This document shows positions 9,739 through 19,869 of a stretch of 64,000 bases of DNA, piece by piece. The stretch's first letter is position 1. Every line of letters starts with the position of its first letter. Both the position numbers and the translations under genes were made by a program. This DNA is from an uncultured Actinomycetes bacterium (lineage in GTDB: Bacteria; Actinomycetota; Thermoleophilia; UBA2241), in assembly GCA_963799395.1 (NCBI GenBank), contig CAWCWZ010000051.1:6595-70594 (forward strand). The letters run 5' to 3'. Under the pieces are notes generated by a model. It did no database searches. It was given only the letters and a program-made list of their open reading frames with translations, and was not told where the DNA came from.

Positions 9739-10806
9739 TCAGCCCTCGTGGCAGGCCGCGCTCAGAGCGCGCCGTCTACGGGTGGCGAGCCGACCTGTGC
9801 CTGAGCCGCCGTCTGAGTGCGAACCGCCGCCCGGTGGCGCAGCCTGATCACCGAGCCAGACGATCGCCGAGAGCACCGCCACGCCGACCACGGCGCTTAC
9901 GACATAGGAGACGACGGTCCACGACGCCGCTGGCGCCGTTCCAGCTGTAGTCGGGCAGCAGACCGTGCCAGTGGCCGCCCAGGCGGGCGAAGCCCTTGGG
10001 GATGTAACCGATGCGGTTGCGCAGCTCGCTACTGTCCCACTCGGCAAAGGCGCCCCCGCTGGCAAGCAGGCCCAGGGGCACGGCCGCGATGAACACTACC
10101 AGCAAGGCCACGATCCAGCGGCGTCGTATGGGTTGAGTCGTGCCGCCTGCTGCGAACAACTCGGGGCTCTGCCGGCGCAGCACGGCAAACACGCCGACCG
10201 TGAAGGCCGCCTCGATGGGACCCACGACCAGGGCGTGCGACCCGACCATCGCCGGAAACGTCGTCTTGAAGCCGTAGGGGAAGTACTGGGCGACGCCGTT
10301 GACCGTGTGGAGCAGCGGCTGGATGCCGAGCTCGATGCTGTTGAGAAAGGCCGCCGCTACCAGGCCGCAGTACGCGCCGATGCCGGCGGCCCAGAGGCGC
10401 CGCGACGACTGCAGGTCGCTGTCGCCGGCCACCAGGCGGTAGATGGCAAGGCCGGCGTAGGGCATGACGATCGCCATGTTCAAGACGTTGACGCCGAGCG
10501 TGAGCACGCCGCCGTCACCGAAGAAGAAGGCCTGGATCACGAGGGCCGCGCTGACCGCCAGGCAGGCGATGTCGGGCCCGGCGATCACGGCGATCAGCAC
10601 CGCCCCGACGGCGTGCGCCGTCGTGCCTCCAGCCACGGGCACGTTGAGCATCATGACGAGAAACGAGAAGGCCGCGCCGAAGGCCAGCACGGGGATCATC
10701 TTGGGCTCCGAGAGGAGCTGTTTTGTGCGCCGGTTGGCCCGGTACCAGACCGGCACGGTGATCGCCCAGCCGGCGGCGATCGTCTCGGGTCCCAGATAGC
10801 CGTCGG
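9739..10806 (-). CDS. cbiM: ECF Ni/Co substrate-capture component NikM/CbiM fused to a C-terminal PDGLE (NikN-like) domain; apparent frameshift near 9960
   Basis: Hallmark N-terminus MHIPDGYLGPETIAAGW and CbiM TMs. The C-terminal region (FAEWDSSELRNRIGYIPKGFARLGGHWHGLLPDYSW) is PDGLE-like. A final TM (WTVVSYVVSAVVGVAVLSAIVWLG) is in the frame of ORF 9739..10065. Confidence 0.8.
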
Positions 10807-10808
10807 GT

Positions 10809-11287
10809 ATGTGCATGACTCCCCCTGGTCGTTGCCCGGTTGCGGCCTTGTCGTCAGTCCGGCGTTGCTTGGGCCGGCCCCGGCACTCGCGGCAGAGGCC
10901 GAACACGGTCATGCGCGCTTCGCTCACCAGAAAGCCGTCGGCATCGAGCAGCTCGCGCCGCACGGGTTCGAGGAGCCCGTCGTCGAGATGGCCGACCGCG
11001 CCGCAGCCCTCGCAGACGAAGTGATGGTGCACCGGCGAGGGGGCGACCTCATAGTACGTCGCGACCCCCGCGAGCCTGGTCTCCTGGACGAGCTCGAGGC
11101 CGACCAGCAGCTCGAGCGTGCGGTAGACGGTGGAGACGTTCACTTCGGGCAGGGTCTGCTGCACCTCGGCGGCGATCTCCTCGGCGGTCCGGTGACGGCC
11201 GCCGCGGCGCACGGCCTCCCACACCGCCACGCGCTGCGGAGTGAGGCGGTAGCCGGCCTTGCGGATGGTCTCGCGGGCGTGGTGCAT
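10809..11287 (-). CDS. Fur-family metal-responsive transcriptional regulator (Nur-like); 3' end in-frame with cbiM, likely indel
   Basis: MHHARETIRKAGYRLTPQRVAVWEAV...VSTVYRTLELLVGLELV...HHHFVCEGCG...LCRECRG is the Fur/Zur/Nur pattern. An alternative ATG lies at ~11329. A TGA in the -1 frame sits immediately before the cbiM ATG. Confidence 0.75.
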
Positions 11288-11305
11288 GGTGCGACCGTAT
11301 CGCAG

Positions 11306-11322
11306 TCGCAAGCGAGTTGCAA
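11306..11322 (-). promoter_or_regulatory. Nur-box-like operator TCGCAA-N5-TTGCAA
   Basis: Plus strand reads TCGCAAGCGAGTTGCAAG. This matches the Streptomyces Nur-box tTGCaa-N5-ttGCAA with one mismatch. It lies 19-35 nt upstream of the preferred regulator start, at the head of the nik operon. Confidence 0.4.
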
Positions 11323-11448
11323 GTGCCATGTTGTTGCCGCTCCGGCCGCCGACCGCGACATGCGGCCACCGCAGAGTCGAACGGGCGCACCGGCGTCGAT
11401 CCGACCCTCTGGGGAATAGTGTCCGAAGCACACCGAGAGAGGGTAGCC

Positions 11449-11727
11449 ATGGTAGCCGCACACGCCAATCTGCTGGACGAAGTGCTGCATGCGATGACGC
11501 AGCTTGACCCCATGGTCTATTTCATGATCGTCGTCGTGACCATCGCCTTCGGGATAACGGCCATGGTGCTGGTCGAGCTCTTTCCCGGGCGTCCCGGCAC
11601 AGAGGCCCAGACGCCACCGGCCGAGGCCGACGAGAACGACCGCGAAGGTGCAAAGACCACGACCGTCGCAGCCGACAGAGCCCGCGCGGCTCTGAGACCT
11701 ACTTCGCCGGCAGGGCGGCGTTGATCG
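11449..11727 (+). CDS. hypothetical small membrane protein
   Basis: MVAAHANLLDEVLHAMTQLDPMVYFMIVVVTIAFGITAMVLVELFPG... with a strong RBS (GAGAGAGGGtagccATG). It is divergent from the Nur-like gene. Coding status is uncertain in high-GC DNA. Confidence 0.35.
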
Positions 11728-13365
11728 AAAGCGGCACCTGCACCGCGGTCGCGGCTTCTTCGACTAACACCTCTATCTGCCAGCGGCCCTCGACCGAGAG
11801 TTCAAGGCCGCTGCCCTGCCAAACGCCGCCCGGGCCCTTGCTCAGGACGAGGGTCGAGGGGGGCACCGTGGCCTGCCCGGGCAGCGAGAAGTCAAGCTGG
11901 ACGCTGCGCAGGTCCGTGAGCGGCCGCCCTGAGGCATAATCGCTCACGGTCGCCGTGAACTGGTTGGAGCCGACGGTCCCCGGGCTCACGACCAGTCGCA
12001 CGCGGACCGTGGTCGCGTAGTCACTGCCCGAAAGCACCACCTGGTTCGATCCCGACGCCCTGGCGGCCGTCGCCGCCTCCCTGCCCGTGGCAACGCCGCC
12101 GAGCACACCGGTCACCGCCAGGATGGCCACTCCCAGGACGAGCTCATTGCGCAGCGTGCGCCGAAAAGGAGGCAGAGCGTCGTCTTTTGCCAAGGTGGGC
12201 ACCTGCAGGAAGCGATTGCGCGCCCCCAGGGCGACCAGCGCCACAAAGAGCGCCAGCTTGACCAGCAGGAGACGGCCGAAGCTCGTGTGCAGGAGGTTGG
12301 CCGGCGCCCCGACCTCGGCCACGGCGCGAGACACACCGGTGAGCAACACGATGGCCAGGCCGATGGTAGCGACCGTCGAGAAGCGCCGGCCGGCAGCCGC
12401 CCGCTTGGCGCCCGGCAGCCCGCGCAGCCCGACCAGCAGCCGGCCAGGCCACCGACCCACACCCCGACCCCCATGACGTGCAGCCACTGCACGGTCAAAT
12501 TGAAGAAGCGATAGGGGGAGGGGCCGTTGGCGTGAGTCTCCCAGATGACCGTCATTACGGCAAAGGCGGCCGCGCTGCCCAGCGCAGCCAGCGTGGGACG
12601 GCAGGGCAGGGCCGCCGTGGCGGCCACCGCCAACCCGCAGAGGACCAGCACGGCGGTGAGCTGGGCCACCATCACGAGGCCCTCGGGTGTGCCAAAGAGC
12701 GGCAGCAGCGAGGGGGCACGCACGATGGCGCGCTCCGTCAGGATGAAGGTCGATACCCCCACCGCGGCCAGCGCCCAGCCCAGCCACAGCAGGGTGGGCC
12801 CTCCGGCGGGCAGTTTGCCCCGCCACACAAACCAGCACGTGCAGGCCGCCCCGAGAAGCAGGACCAAGCCCGCCCACAGCAGCCAGCGCCCGGCAGCCTG
12901 TGTGCCAGTCAGCCAGGGCGAGGTGCTGACGAACTTGCCGAAGGGCGCCACCTTGCCGATGTTGGCGACCCCGACCCCGAAGGCATAGGCGCCGGTCACA
13001 TAGTGGCCATCCAAGGCAGAGACCGTGTGCCAGTCCACCGTGTAGACGCCGTGAGGCAGGGGCCGGCTGAGCACGATGACGAGCTGCTCGGAGTTGCTGG
13101 GCACAGCATGGGAGGGCGAGGCACCGGGTACCGCCTGGCCCTGCGTGTTGACCACCTGGGCGCCCGACAGCGTCGGATCGACCGGCTCGGTGAAGGTGAG
13201 CAGGATCTGCTGCGGTGAACGCGCTACCGTGCCGTTGATGGCCGGGGAGGCATGAATCAGCAGGGCGTGCGCCGCAGCCTGTGGGGCCGGCAGCGCAAGC
13301 CACAGCCCGGCCACCAGCCCGACAAGGGCGACGGCGCGAGCCGTCACACGGGCGTGGGCGCGCAC
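11699..13365 (-). CDS. copper resistance/uptake CopC-CopD fusion (YcnJ-like) with C-terminal YtkA-like domain; apparent frameshift near 12350
   Basis: N-terminus has a signal peptide plus CopC (AHALLIHASPAINGTVARSPQQILLTFTEPV...VYTVDWHTVSALDGHYVTGAYAF). CopD TMs follow. The C-terminal part lies in the frame of ORF 11699..13303. Confidence 0.8.
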
Positions 13366-13371
13366 CTGACC

Positions 13372-14063
13372 TCAGGCTTCAACGCGGTCGTCGGCCCCGT
13401 GTGACTGACGAACGGCCGACGGCGACCTTCTGGTCAGAAGCGCGACGCAGGCCACGACCAGGCCAAGCGCGCCGACCACCATGCCGATGATGCCGAAGAG
13501 CTGCGCGCGCGACGCCTGCGACGAGCTCGCCAGACGTGGCAGGGCGACGGCGACGCGCTGTGAGAGCTCGGTCATGGTCGGGGTCTGGAGGGGAAACTCA
13601 ACGGCCGTGGGGTCCTGCACCGGGTTGAACGTCGTGGGACTGCTCGTGAAACTCTGGTCTATCGTCTGCGAACCGATCGTGCCGGTGAAGTGAAACGTGT
13701 AGTCACCGGGGCGCGGTGGGGAACAGCCAGGCACGATAGTCGCCGGGTGTGCCCAGAGCCGGTGTCCGGATCGAACGTCGGCTCGAGGCCGAACACCATC
13801 GACTGGCTGCCGAAGATGACGGTCACGTGGAGGGTGGTGCCGAGATTGACGACCGGCTTGCCGCTCTCGAGGTAGGCCAGCACGAGCTGGACGCTGTTCT
13901 CCTGGCCTGCGTAGGCCGGTTCGTTGCCCCAGCCCACCAGGAAGTGGTAGGCGCCGACGTCGCGCGCCTCGTGAGCGAACGCCGGAGCGGCGGTCGCCGA
14001 GAGTGCGATTGTAGCCACGGCGAACGCCGCGGACAGCCGCCACCCAAGCCTTCGTCTTTTCAC
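13372..14063 (-). CDS. ycnI: YcnI-like (DUF1775) copper-binding protein with C-terminal TM anchor; apparent frameshift near 13720
   Basis: N-terminal part (VKRRRLGWRLSAAFAVATIALSATAAPAFAHEARDVGAYHFLVGWGNEPAYAGQENS...) is in the frame of ORF 13659..14513. C-terminal part (GDYTFHFTGTIGSQTIDQSF...LFGIIGMVVGALGLVVACVALL) is in the frame of ORF 13372..14268. GTG start ~14063 with GGGGG RBS. Confidence 0.75.
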
Positions 14064-14456
14064 GTCCGTACCCCCATCGCCGTCGGCAGACTTTCGCTCG
14101 CGGCCGCCCGGCCGACCGCGGCCCGAACGCGAGGTCGACGGTCGTGGCACGACGAACACCCCCAAAGACCGGCCCGCCCGATGACCGGACGAGCGACGAT
14201 GCCCCGTCGGCATGGCTGGCTGCGAACGACTCCGCGGTGTTTTGCCCACCGCGCGCCGTGTCGAGCACGTTGACCGTCTGAGCGCGACCAGTCGAAGGCG
14301 TCGCTGACCGCCGAGCGCATCCCCCGGCTGGCGCGCGGACGGTCGCTCCGGGCAGGCGGGCTGCTGTAACCTGTCACCCGACAAGAGCGATGCCTCCCAA
14401 AGCAGGGCCTGCTTCCGTGGGAGCCGCTCGTCCGGCAGCGGCGCGAGGGGGTCGAG

Positions 14457-15005
14457 ATGAGAGTGGTGGGGGTCCTGGTCGTTGCCATGGCGCTGGTCAT
14501 CGGAGTCGTCCACAGTTCACTCACTGCAAGGCCATGGCCCGCGTCGTCGGGCTCGACGATGAGCATGGGCGGCTCGGCCACGGCATCCGCCGGCGTTCGC
14601 GATGGCCCACCCGCACGACCGCGGCCGCACGCCCACGCCGATGCGCTGCTACTGCGACCGCCCGGGCCGAGGTCGGGGTCGCGCTGCCACTCGCCGCCGC
14701 CGGCGTCCTGCTGTTCGTCAGCCGGCGAAGGGGAGACCAGCCGGGCTCTGGCCGTACTCATCGGTGTGCTCGGCGCCGTCGCCATGCTCCTGCCGACGCG
14801 TGCTGATCGGCGTCTGTGCGCAGAGCAGCGCGATCTGCAACACCACCATGCGGCCCATCCTGCTGGCGGCCGGGGGGGCGACCGTGGCGCTCGGCCTTGT
14901 CACCCTGGTCAGAAACGAGTTGAGCAGCGGACCGGGGAAGGACGGGCAGCCGCTCGCCGTTCAGGCCGACCGCGCTTCAGCCGGCCGACGAGGCCGCCAT
15001 TGTGA
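14457..15005 (+). CDS. hypothetical membrane protein (uncertain; possible non-coding)
   Basis: ATG with good RBS (GAGGGGGtcgagATG) and two hydrophobic helices (VVGVLVVAMALVIGVV; ALAVLIGVLGAVAMLL). No recognisable family. It overlaps the frame-shifted start of the ABC permease. Confidence 0.2.
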   Translation: MRVVGVLVVAMALVIGVVHSSLTARPWPASSGSTMSMGGSATASAGVRDGPPARPRPHAHADALLLRPPGPRSGSRCHSPPPASCCSSAGEGETSRALAVLIGVLGAVAMLLPTRADRRLCAEQRDLQHHHAAHPAGGRGGDRGARPCHPGQKRVEQRTGEGRAAARRSGRPRFSRPTRPPL

Positions 15006-16209
15006 GGTTTCGGCGGGTCTCACCGGACTCGCCCTGCGCGACCTGGCGGGCAACGAGTCGCGAAGCTGGCTGCTGGGTCTGTGCGCCTGTTGCATCGCGG
15101 CCGTCGCCGTCACTACGGTGCTCGTCGTACCGCGCCCAGGAGAACCTGCACCTCGCCGCCTCCCGGCTGGGAGCCGACGTCGTCGTCGTGCCGCGCGGCG
15201 CCGAGACCCAGATCGACGGCGCGCTGCTGATCGGCACGGTCTCGAAGACCTGGATGCCCAGCGCCGACGTCGCCGAGGATCGCCGCCGTCAGGGGAGTGG
15301 CCGTGGCCTCTCCCCAGATCTATCTGGAATCCCTGTCGCATGCCTCGTGCTGTGCCGTCAGCCGCATGTTCATCGTCGCCTACGACCCGCGCACGGACTT
15401 CACGGTGGGACCCTGGCTCCACCACGGTCTGGGCGGCGAGCTGGGTCTGGAGCAGGCGGTCGGGCGGGCTGGCGACGTGTCGGTGCCGGTCAATCACAAC
15501 ATCATGCTCTACGGCTACACCATGTGGCTGCGAGGCAAGCTCGAGCCCACCGGCACGAACCTCGACCGAAGTCTCTTTATCAGCCTGGCGACCGCCAACG
15601 CCATGGCCCGCAGCTCGCGCACGACGGCCGTCAGGCCGCTTCTCATCCCCAAGGACAGCGTCTCGTCGGTGGTGCGCTGCCAGGTCGGCTGGGGCAGGAC
15701 CCGGGCATGATCGCCCGGACCATCAGCGAGGTGGTCCCCGGCGTGCGGCGATCGCCAGCCCGCGACCTGCTTCGCCTCCTACCGCGCAGATCGGCGACCT
15801 GCTGCGCGTCATGCTCGTGGTGCTCGGTCTTGCTGCTCACCCTCGGTGTGGTCGTCACGGCAGCGCTGTTCGCCATGGCCGCCCACGACGGCGGCGCGAG
15901 CTCGGTGTGCTGCGCGCTTTGGGGGCCACCCGGGGCGCGGTGCTCATCTCGCTCCTCTCCGAGGCGCTCGTCCTGGCGCTCGCCGGTGGTCTGGCGGGCG
16001 CCGTCGTGGCCGCGGTCGGTGTCGGTCTGTTCCACACGCTGCTCGTCTCGGCCTTCGGCTTTCCCTTCCTGTTCCCCTCGTTCGGCCGACTCGCCGGGGA
16101 GATCGCGCTGGGACTCGCCTTGGCTCTCGCCGTCGTCGTCGCGGCGGCGGCCGTGCTGCCGGCCCTGCGCGTCAGCCGGCAGGAGCCGGCGACCTCGATG
16201 CGCGAGTGA
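14848..16209 (+). CDS. ABC transporter permease, FtsX/MacB family with extracytoplasmic domain; at least three apparent frameshifts
   Basis: N-terminal TM segment LALRDLAGNESRSWLLGLCACCIAAVAVTTVLVVP. Middle segment AQENLHLAASRLGADVVVVPRGAETQIDGALLIGTV. Extracytoplasmic domain IYLESLSHASCCAVSRMFIVAYDP...NIMLYGYTMWLRGKLEPTG. Intact C-terminal FtsX TM bundle ELGVLRALGATRGAVLISLLSEALVLALAGGLAG...ALRVSRQE. These are spread over three frames. Confidence 0.7.
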   Translation: MRPILLAAGGATVALGLVTLVRNELSSGPGKDGQPLAVQADRASAGRRGRHCEVSAGLTGLALRDLAGNESRSWLLGLCACCIAAVAVTTVLVVPRPGEPAPRRLPAGSRRRRRAARRRDPDRRRAADRHGLEDLDAQRRRRRGSPPSGEWPWPLPRSIWNPCRMPRAVPSAACSSSPTTRARTSRWDPGSTTVWAASWVWSRRSGGLATCRCRSITTSCSTATPCGCEASSSPPARTSTEVSLSAWRPPTPWPAARARRPSGRFSSPRTASRRWCAARSAGAGPGHDRPDHQRGGPRRAAIASPRPASPPTAQIGDLLRVMLVVLGLAAHPRCGRHGSAVRHGRPRRRRELGVLRALGATRGAVLISLLSEALVLALAGGLAGAVVAAVGVGLFHTLLVSAFGFPFLFPSFGRLAGEIALGLALALAVVVAAAAVLPALRVSRQEPATSMRE

Positions 16210-16212
16210 CCG

Positions 16213-16907
16213 ATGATGCCGCATCGCCATGCGAGAGCTATCAGGTCGCCCGCGAGCGGCCGATCGAGGCCCTGCGCGGCGTCGGCACCTCACATCGAGC
16301 GGTGGCGAGTTCGTGGTCGTCACGGGACGCTCCGGAGCCGGCAAGACCACCCTGCTCAACGTCATCGCCGGCCTCGCGCGGCCCACGAGCGGCAGCGTCA
16401 CGGTGGACGATGTCGATCTGTGGAGCATCTCTGACCGCCGGTTGTCGCAGCTGCGCAACCGCACGATGGGGTTCGTCTTTCAGTTCCCCAGCCTGCTGGC
16501 TTCGCTGCCCGTGCTGCAGAACGTCGCGCTGCCGTTGTCGTTCGCCGACGGCGCCGACCACGACGGACTGGCGCGAGCCGTCGAGCTCTTGACCATGGTC
16601 GGCCTGGCGGACAGGCTACGGGCCTACCCCGGCCAGCTCTCGGCCGGCCAGCAGCAGCGGGTGGTGATCGCCCGGGCCCTGCGTCAACCGACCGCGGATC
16701 CTGCTGGCCGACGAGCCCAGCAGCGACCTCGACGAAGAGACGGAGGTCGAGATCATGAGCCTGCTGCGGCGGATCCATGCGGAGACGGACGTGACCATCG
16801 CCCTGGTCACGCACACCCGGCAGCTCGTCGCCTACGGGACTCGTCACCTCGCCATGGCGAACGGTGCGCTTGCCGCTGAGACGCCGGGCCGCAGGGCACC
16901 CGCTTAG
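16213..16907 (+). CDS. ABC transporter ATP-binding protein (MacB/LolD-like); at least two apparent indels
   Basis: GEFVVVTGRSGAGKTTLLNVIAGL, LSAGQQQRVVIARAL, then after a +1 shift ILLADEPSSDLDEETEVEIMSLLRRIHAETDVTIALVTHT...ending at TAG ~16907. The N-terminal 30 aa are in yet another frame. Confidence 0.75.
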
Positions 16908-16953
16908 ATCGGGCGGGTCACGACCGGGCGGGTCACGATCGGCCGACCGGCCC

Positions 16954-18469
16954 TCACCTACAGACCGACGATCGCGTCGAGGCGCGCCATGTCGAGGTGA
17001 GCTTCGACGTGGTCGGCGAGACGCTCGATGTCGGATGGGCCGGCGCCGCCAGTGCCCGGTGCGCGTCGGGCAGGCCGGCCGCGGCCCGCAGCCGCCCGAG
17101 GAACGCCTCCCTGAATTCGGCGGCGTCGAACAGGCCGTGCAGATAGGTGCCGCAGACCAGCCCGTCGGCGGAGACGGCGCCGTCGGCGTGGGTAGCCTCA
17201 GCGCTCGCCGCCACGTCCATGAGCGCGGCGACGCCGGGCGCCAGGGTTGTGGCACCCATGTGGATCTCGTACCCGTGCAGCGGCGTGCCCGCGGCCACAA
17301 GGGCCGAGCCGCTCGCTTCGCCGCTCACCCGCACCGTGCGCTTCGCTGCCCGGAACGTCGTGTCGACGTCGAGCAGGCCCAGGCCCGCCACCTCGGCGGC
17401 GGCCGATTCGACCCCCACGGGGTCGAGGATGCGGCGGCCCAGCATCTGGTAGCCGCCGCAGATGCCGATCACCGGTGTGCCGGCGGCGGCGGCCTGCGCG
17501 AGCGCGGCCGCGAGGCCGCGCTCGCGCAACCAGGCCAGGTCGGCCACCGTGCTCTTCGTGCCCGGCACGATGACGGCGGCGGCGGCCTGCAGGCCCTCCG
17601 GGGTGGTGACGAACTCGACGTCGACGTCGGGGTCGTCGGCGAGGGCATCGAAGTCGGTGTAGTTGCTGATGAAGGGCAGGCGTACGACGGCGATCCGCAG
17701 CGGCGCGCCCGGACGTCGGCGCCGCTCGTCGTCGATCGCCAGCGAGTCCTCCTCGTCGCCGCGCCAGTCGTTCAGGAAGGGCACGACGCCGAGGGTGGGC
17801 ACGCCGGTGCGCTCCTCGAGAAAGGCGAGTCCCGGGTCGAGCAGCGCCGCGTCGCCGCGGAACTTGTTGACGACAAAGCCGCGCACCAGCGCCTGCTCGG
17901 CCGGCGTGAAGAGCTCCATGTGACCGACCAGCGAGGCGAAGACGCCGCCCCGGTCGATGTCGCCGACCAGCAGCACCGGCGCCCGGGTGTGCAACGCCAC
18001 TCGCATATTGACGATGTCGCGGTCGCGCAGGTTGATCTCGGCCGGAACTGCCGGCGCCCTCGACCACCACGAGGTCGCTGGCCGCGCGCAGCCGGCCGAG
18101 CGCAGCCGTGACGACCGGCCAGACCTCCGCCTGGTAGGCGTGGTACCCGGCGACCGTCATGTCGTCGACCGGCCGGCCCATCACGACCACCTGACAGGCG
18201 CGCTCACTCGACGGCTTGAGCAGCACCGGGTTCATGTCGAGGTGGGGTTCCAGCCCGGCCGCGCCCGCCTGGTACACCTGGGCGCGGCCCATCTCGCCAC
18301 CGTCGGACGTGACGAACGAGTTGAGCGCCATGTTCTGCGCCTTGAAGGGCGCCACGCGCAGGCCGCGACGCGCGTAGATGCGGCAGAGGGCCGCGACCAG
18401 CACCGTCTTGCCGGCATGCGAGCCGGTGCCCTGGAGCATGACGATGCGGCCCGGCGGCGCGGTGCTCAT
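16954..18469 (-). CDS. cobQ: cobyric acid synthase; apparent frameshift near 18060
   Basis: N-terminal part (MSTAPPGRIVMLQGTGSHAGKTVLVAALCRIYARRGLRVAPFKAQNMALNS...VVVEGAGS) is in the frame of ORF 17198..19021. C-terminal GATase part (VLLVGDIDRGGVFAS...GICGGYQMLG...GYEIHMG) is in the frame of ORF 16954..18006. Confidence 0.85.
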
Positions 18470-18543
18470 CGCCAGACCTTCGCGGCCACGAGCGCGGCGA
18501 GTCCCGACGACAGCAGCAGAGAGACGGCGCCGGCCACGGGGCC

Positions 18544-19797
18544 TCAGGCCGCCGCGCCGTCGCCGGATACGGCCGACGCCAGTCTCGTCCGTAGCCGCCG
18601 CACGTCTCTCAACGTGAGGACCCACAACGAGGCGGCCAATCCGAGCCCGGCCGACAGCCAGCACGTGGTCGTCAGGCCGATCGCCGCGGTGACCGGCCCC
18701 GCCAGTGCCAGCCCGACCGGCCACAGGGCCAGCGAGCACATCCAGTCCCAGGCGCTGACGCGCGCGAGCGCCTCGTTGGGAATCTCGAGCTGTAGGGTCG
18801 TCGTCCAGAGCACCGAGTTCACCCCTACGGCCACGCCACGGAAGGCTTGCACGACGGTCAGCGCCACGAAATGTCCGCCGAGGGCCAGCACCAGCGGCGA
18901 GGCCGCGGCCGTCGCCCCGAGCAGCGCGCAGGCGACCATGGGACGTGCGAAACGAAGAAACGGCGCGCTTGCGCCGCCTACGAGGATGCCGCCGCTGAAG
19001 ACCGCGAGCACGATGCCCCAATGGGCCGCGCCGTGAGGGTGACCGTTCAGAACCAGCGGGCCGAGCACCTGGAACGGTGCCGAGACGATGAACAGCAGCA
19101 AGGCGGTGCGCAGGAGCATGGCCGCAAGCCAGGGCCGGTCCCGTACCTCTCGCCAGCCGTCGCGAAGCTCCCCGAGAAACGAGCCGACCTGCCGGACGCG
19201 CTCGGCCGGCACGACGCGCAACGTGGCGAGGAACCCGGCGCTGACCAGGAAGGTCGCGGCGTCGATGGCGACGGCACCACCCGGGCCGATGAAGGCGATC
19301 AGGGCGCCCGCCACGGCGGGGCCGACCATCAGGCCGATCCCGTAGGCAAAACCCAGCACGGCGTTGGCCGCCTGCACGTCGCGCTCCTCGACGAGTTGCG
19401 GCGTGAGGGCGCCGGCGGCGGGGACGAAGAAGGCCTGAGCGGCGCCGTAGGCGGCGAGAAGGACCACGAGCTCCCAGATGCGCGCGGTGTGCGTCAGCAG
19501 GAGAAGGGCAAGGATGGCCTGCGAACAGGCGCGCACGCAGTCTGAGACGAGCATCACGCGCTCGCGGCGCAGGCGGTCGCCCCAGACCCCGGCGACCAGG
19601 GTCAGCGCGACCAGCGGCGTGATCTGGGCGGCCAGGACAATGCCCAAGTCGGTCGCCGAGCCCGACATCCGCAGGACCGCGAAGGTGACGGCGACCGGGG
19701 TCAGGCCGTCACCGAAGGCCGAGATCGCCTGCCCCAGGAACAGATTGCGGAAGTTACGGACGCGCAGGACGTTCCAGCGCCGGATGAATCCCGTCAT
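18544..19797 (-). CDS. MFS transporter
   Basis: Intact 417-aa 12-TM protein (RNFRNLFLGQAISAFGDGLTPVAVTFAVL...). It sits between cobQ and the CbiR-like gene. Confidence 0.85.
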   Translation of the reverse strand: MTGFIRRWNVLRVRNFRNLFLGQAISAFGDGLTPVAVTFAVLRMSGSATDLGIVLAAQITPLVALTLVAGVWGDRLRRERVMLVSDCVRACSQAILALLLLTHTARIWELVVLLAAYGAAQAFFVPAAGALTPQLVEERDVQAANAVLGFAYGIGLMVGPAVAGALIAFIGPGGAVAIDAATFLVSAGFLATLRVVPAERVRQVGSFLGELRDGWREVRDRPWLAAMLLRTALLLFIVSAPFQVLGPLVLNGHPHGAAHWGIVLAVFSGGILVGGASAPFLRFARPMVACALLGATAAASPLVLALGGHFVALTVVQAFRGVAVGVNSVLWTTTLQLEIPNEALARVSAWDWMCSLALWPVGLALAGPVTAAIGLTTTCWLSAGLGLAASLWVLTLRDVRRLRTRLASAVSGDGAAA

Positions 19798-19869
19798 CGC
19801 GTGAGTCTATACCAACATTGCCGGAACTTCGGCCCGCCCGTCAGGCATGCGCCCGCCGACCCGTCTGTC

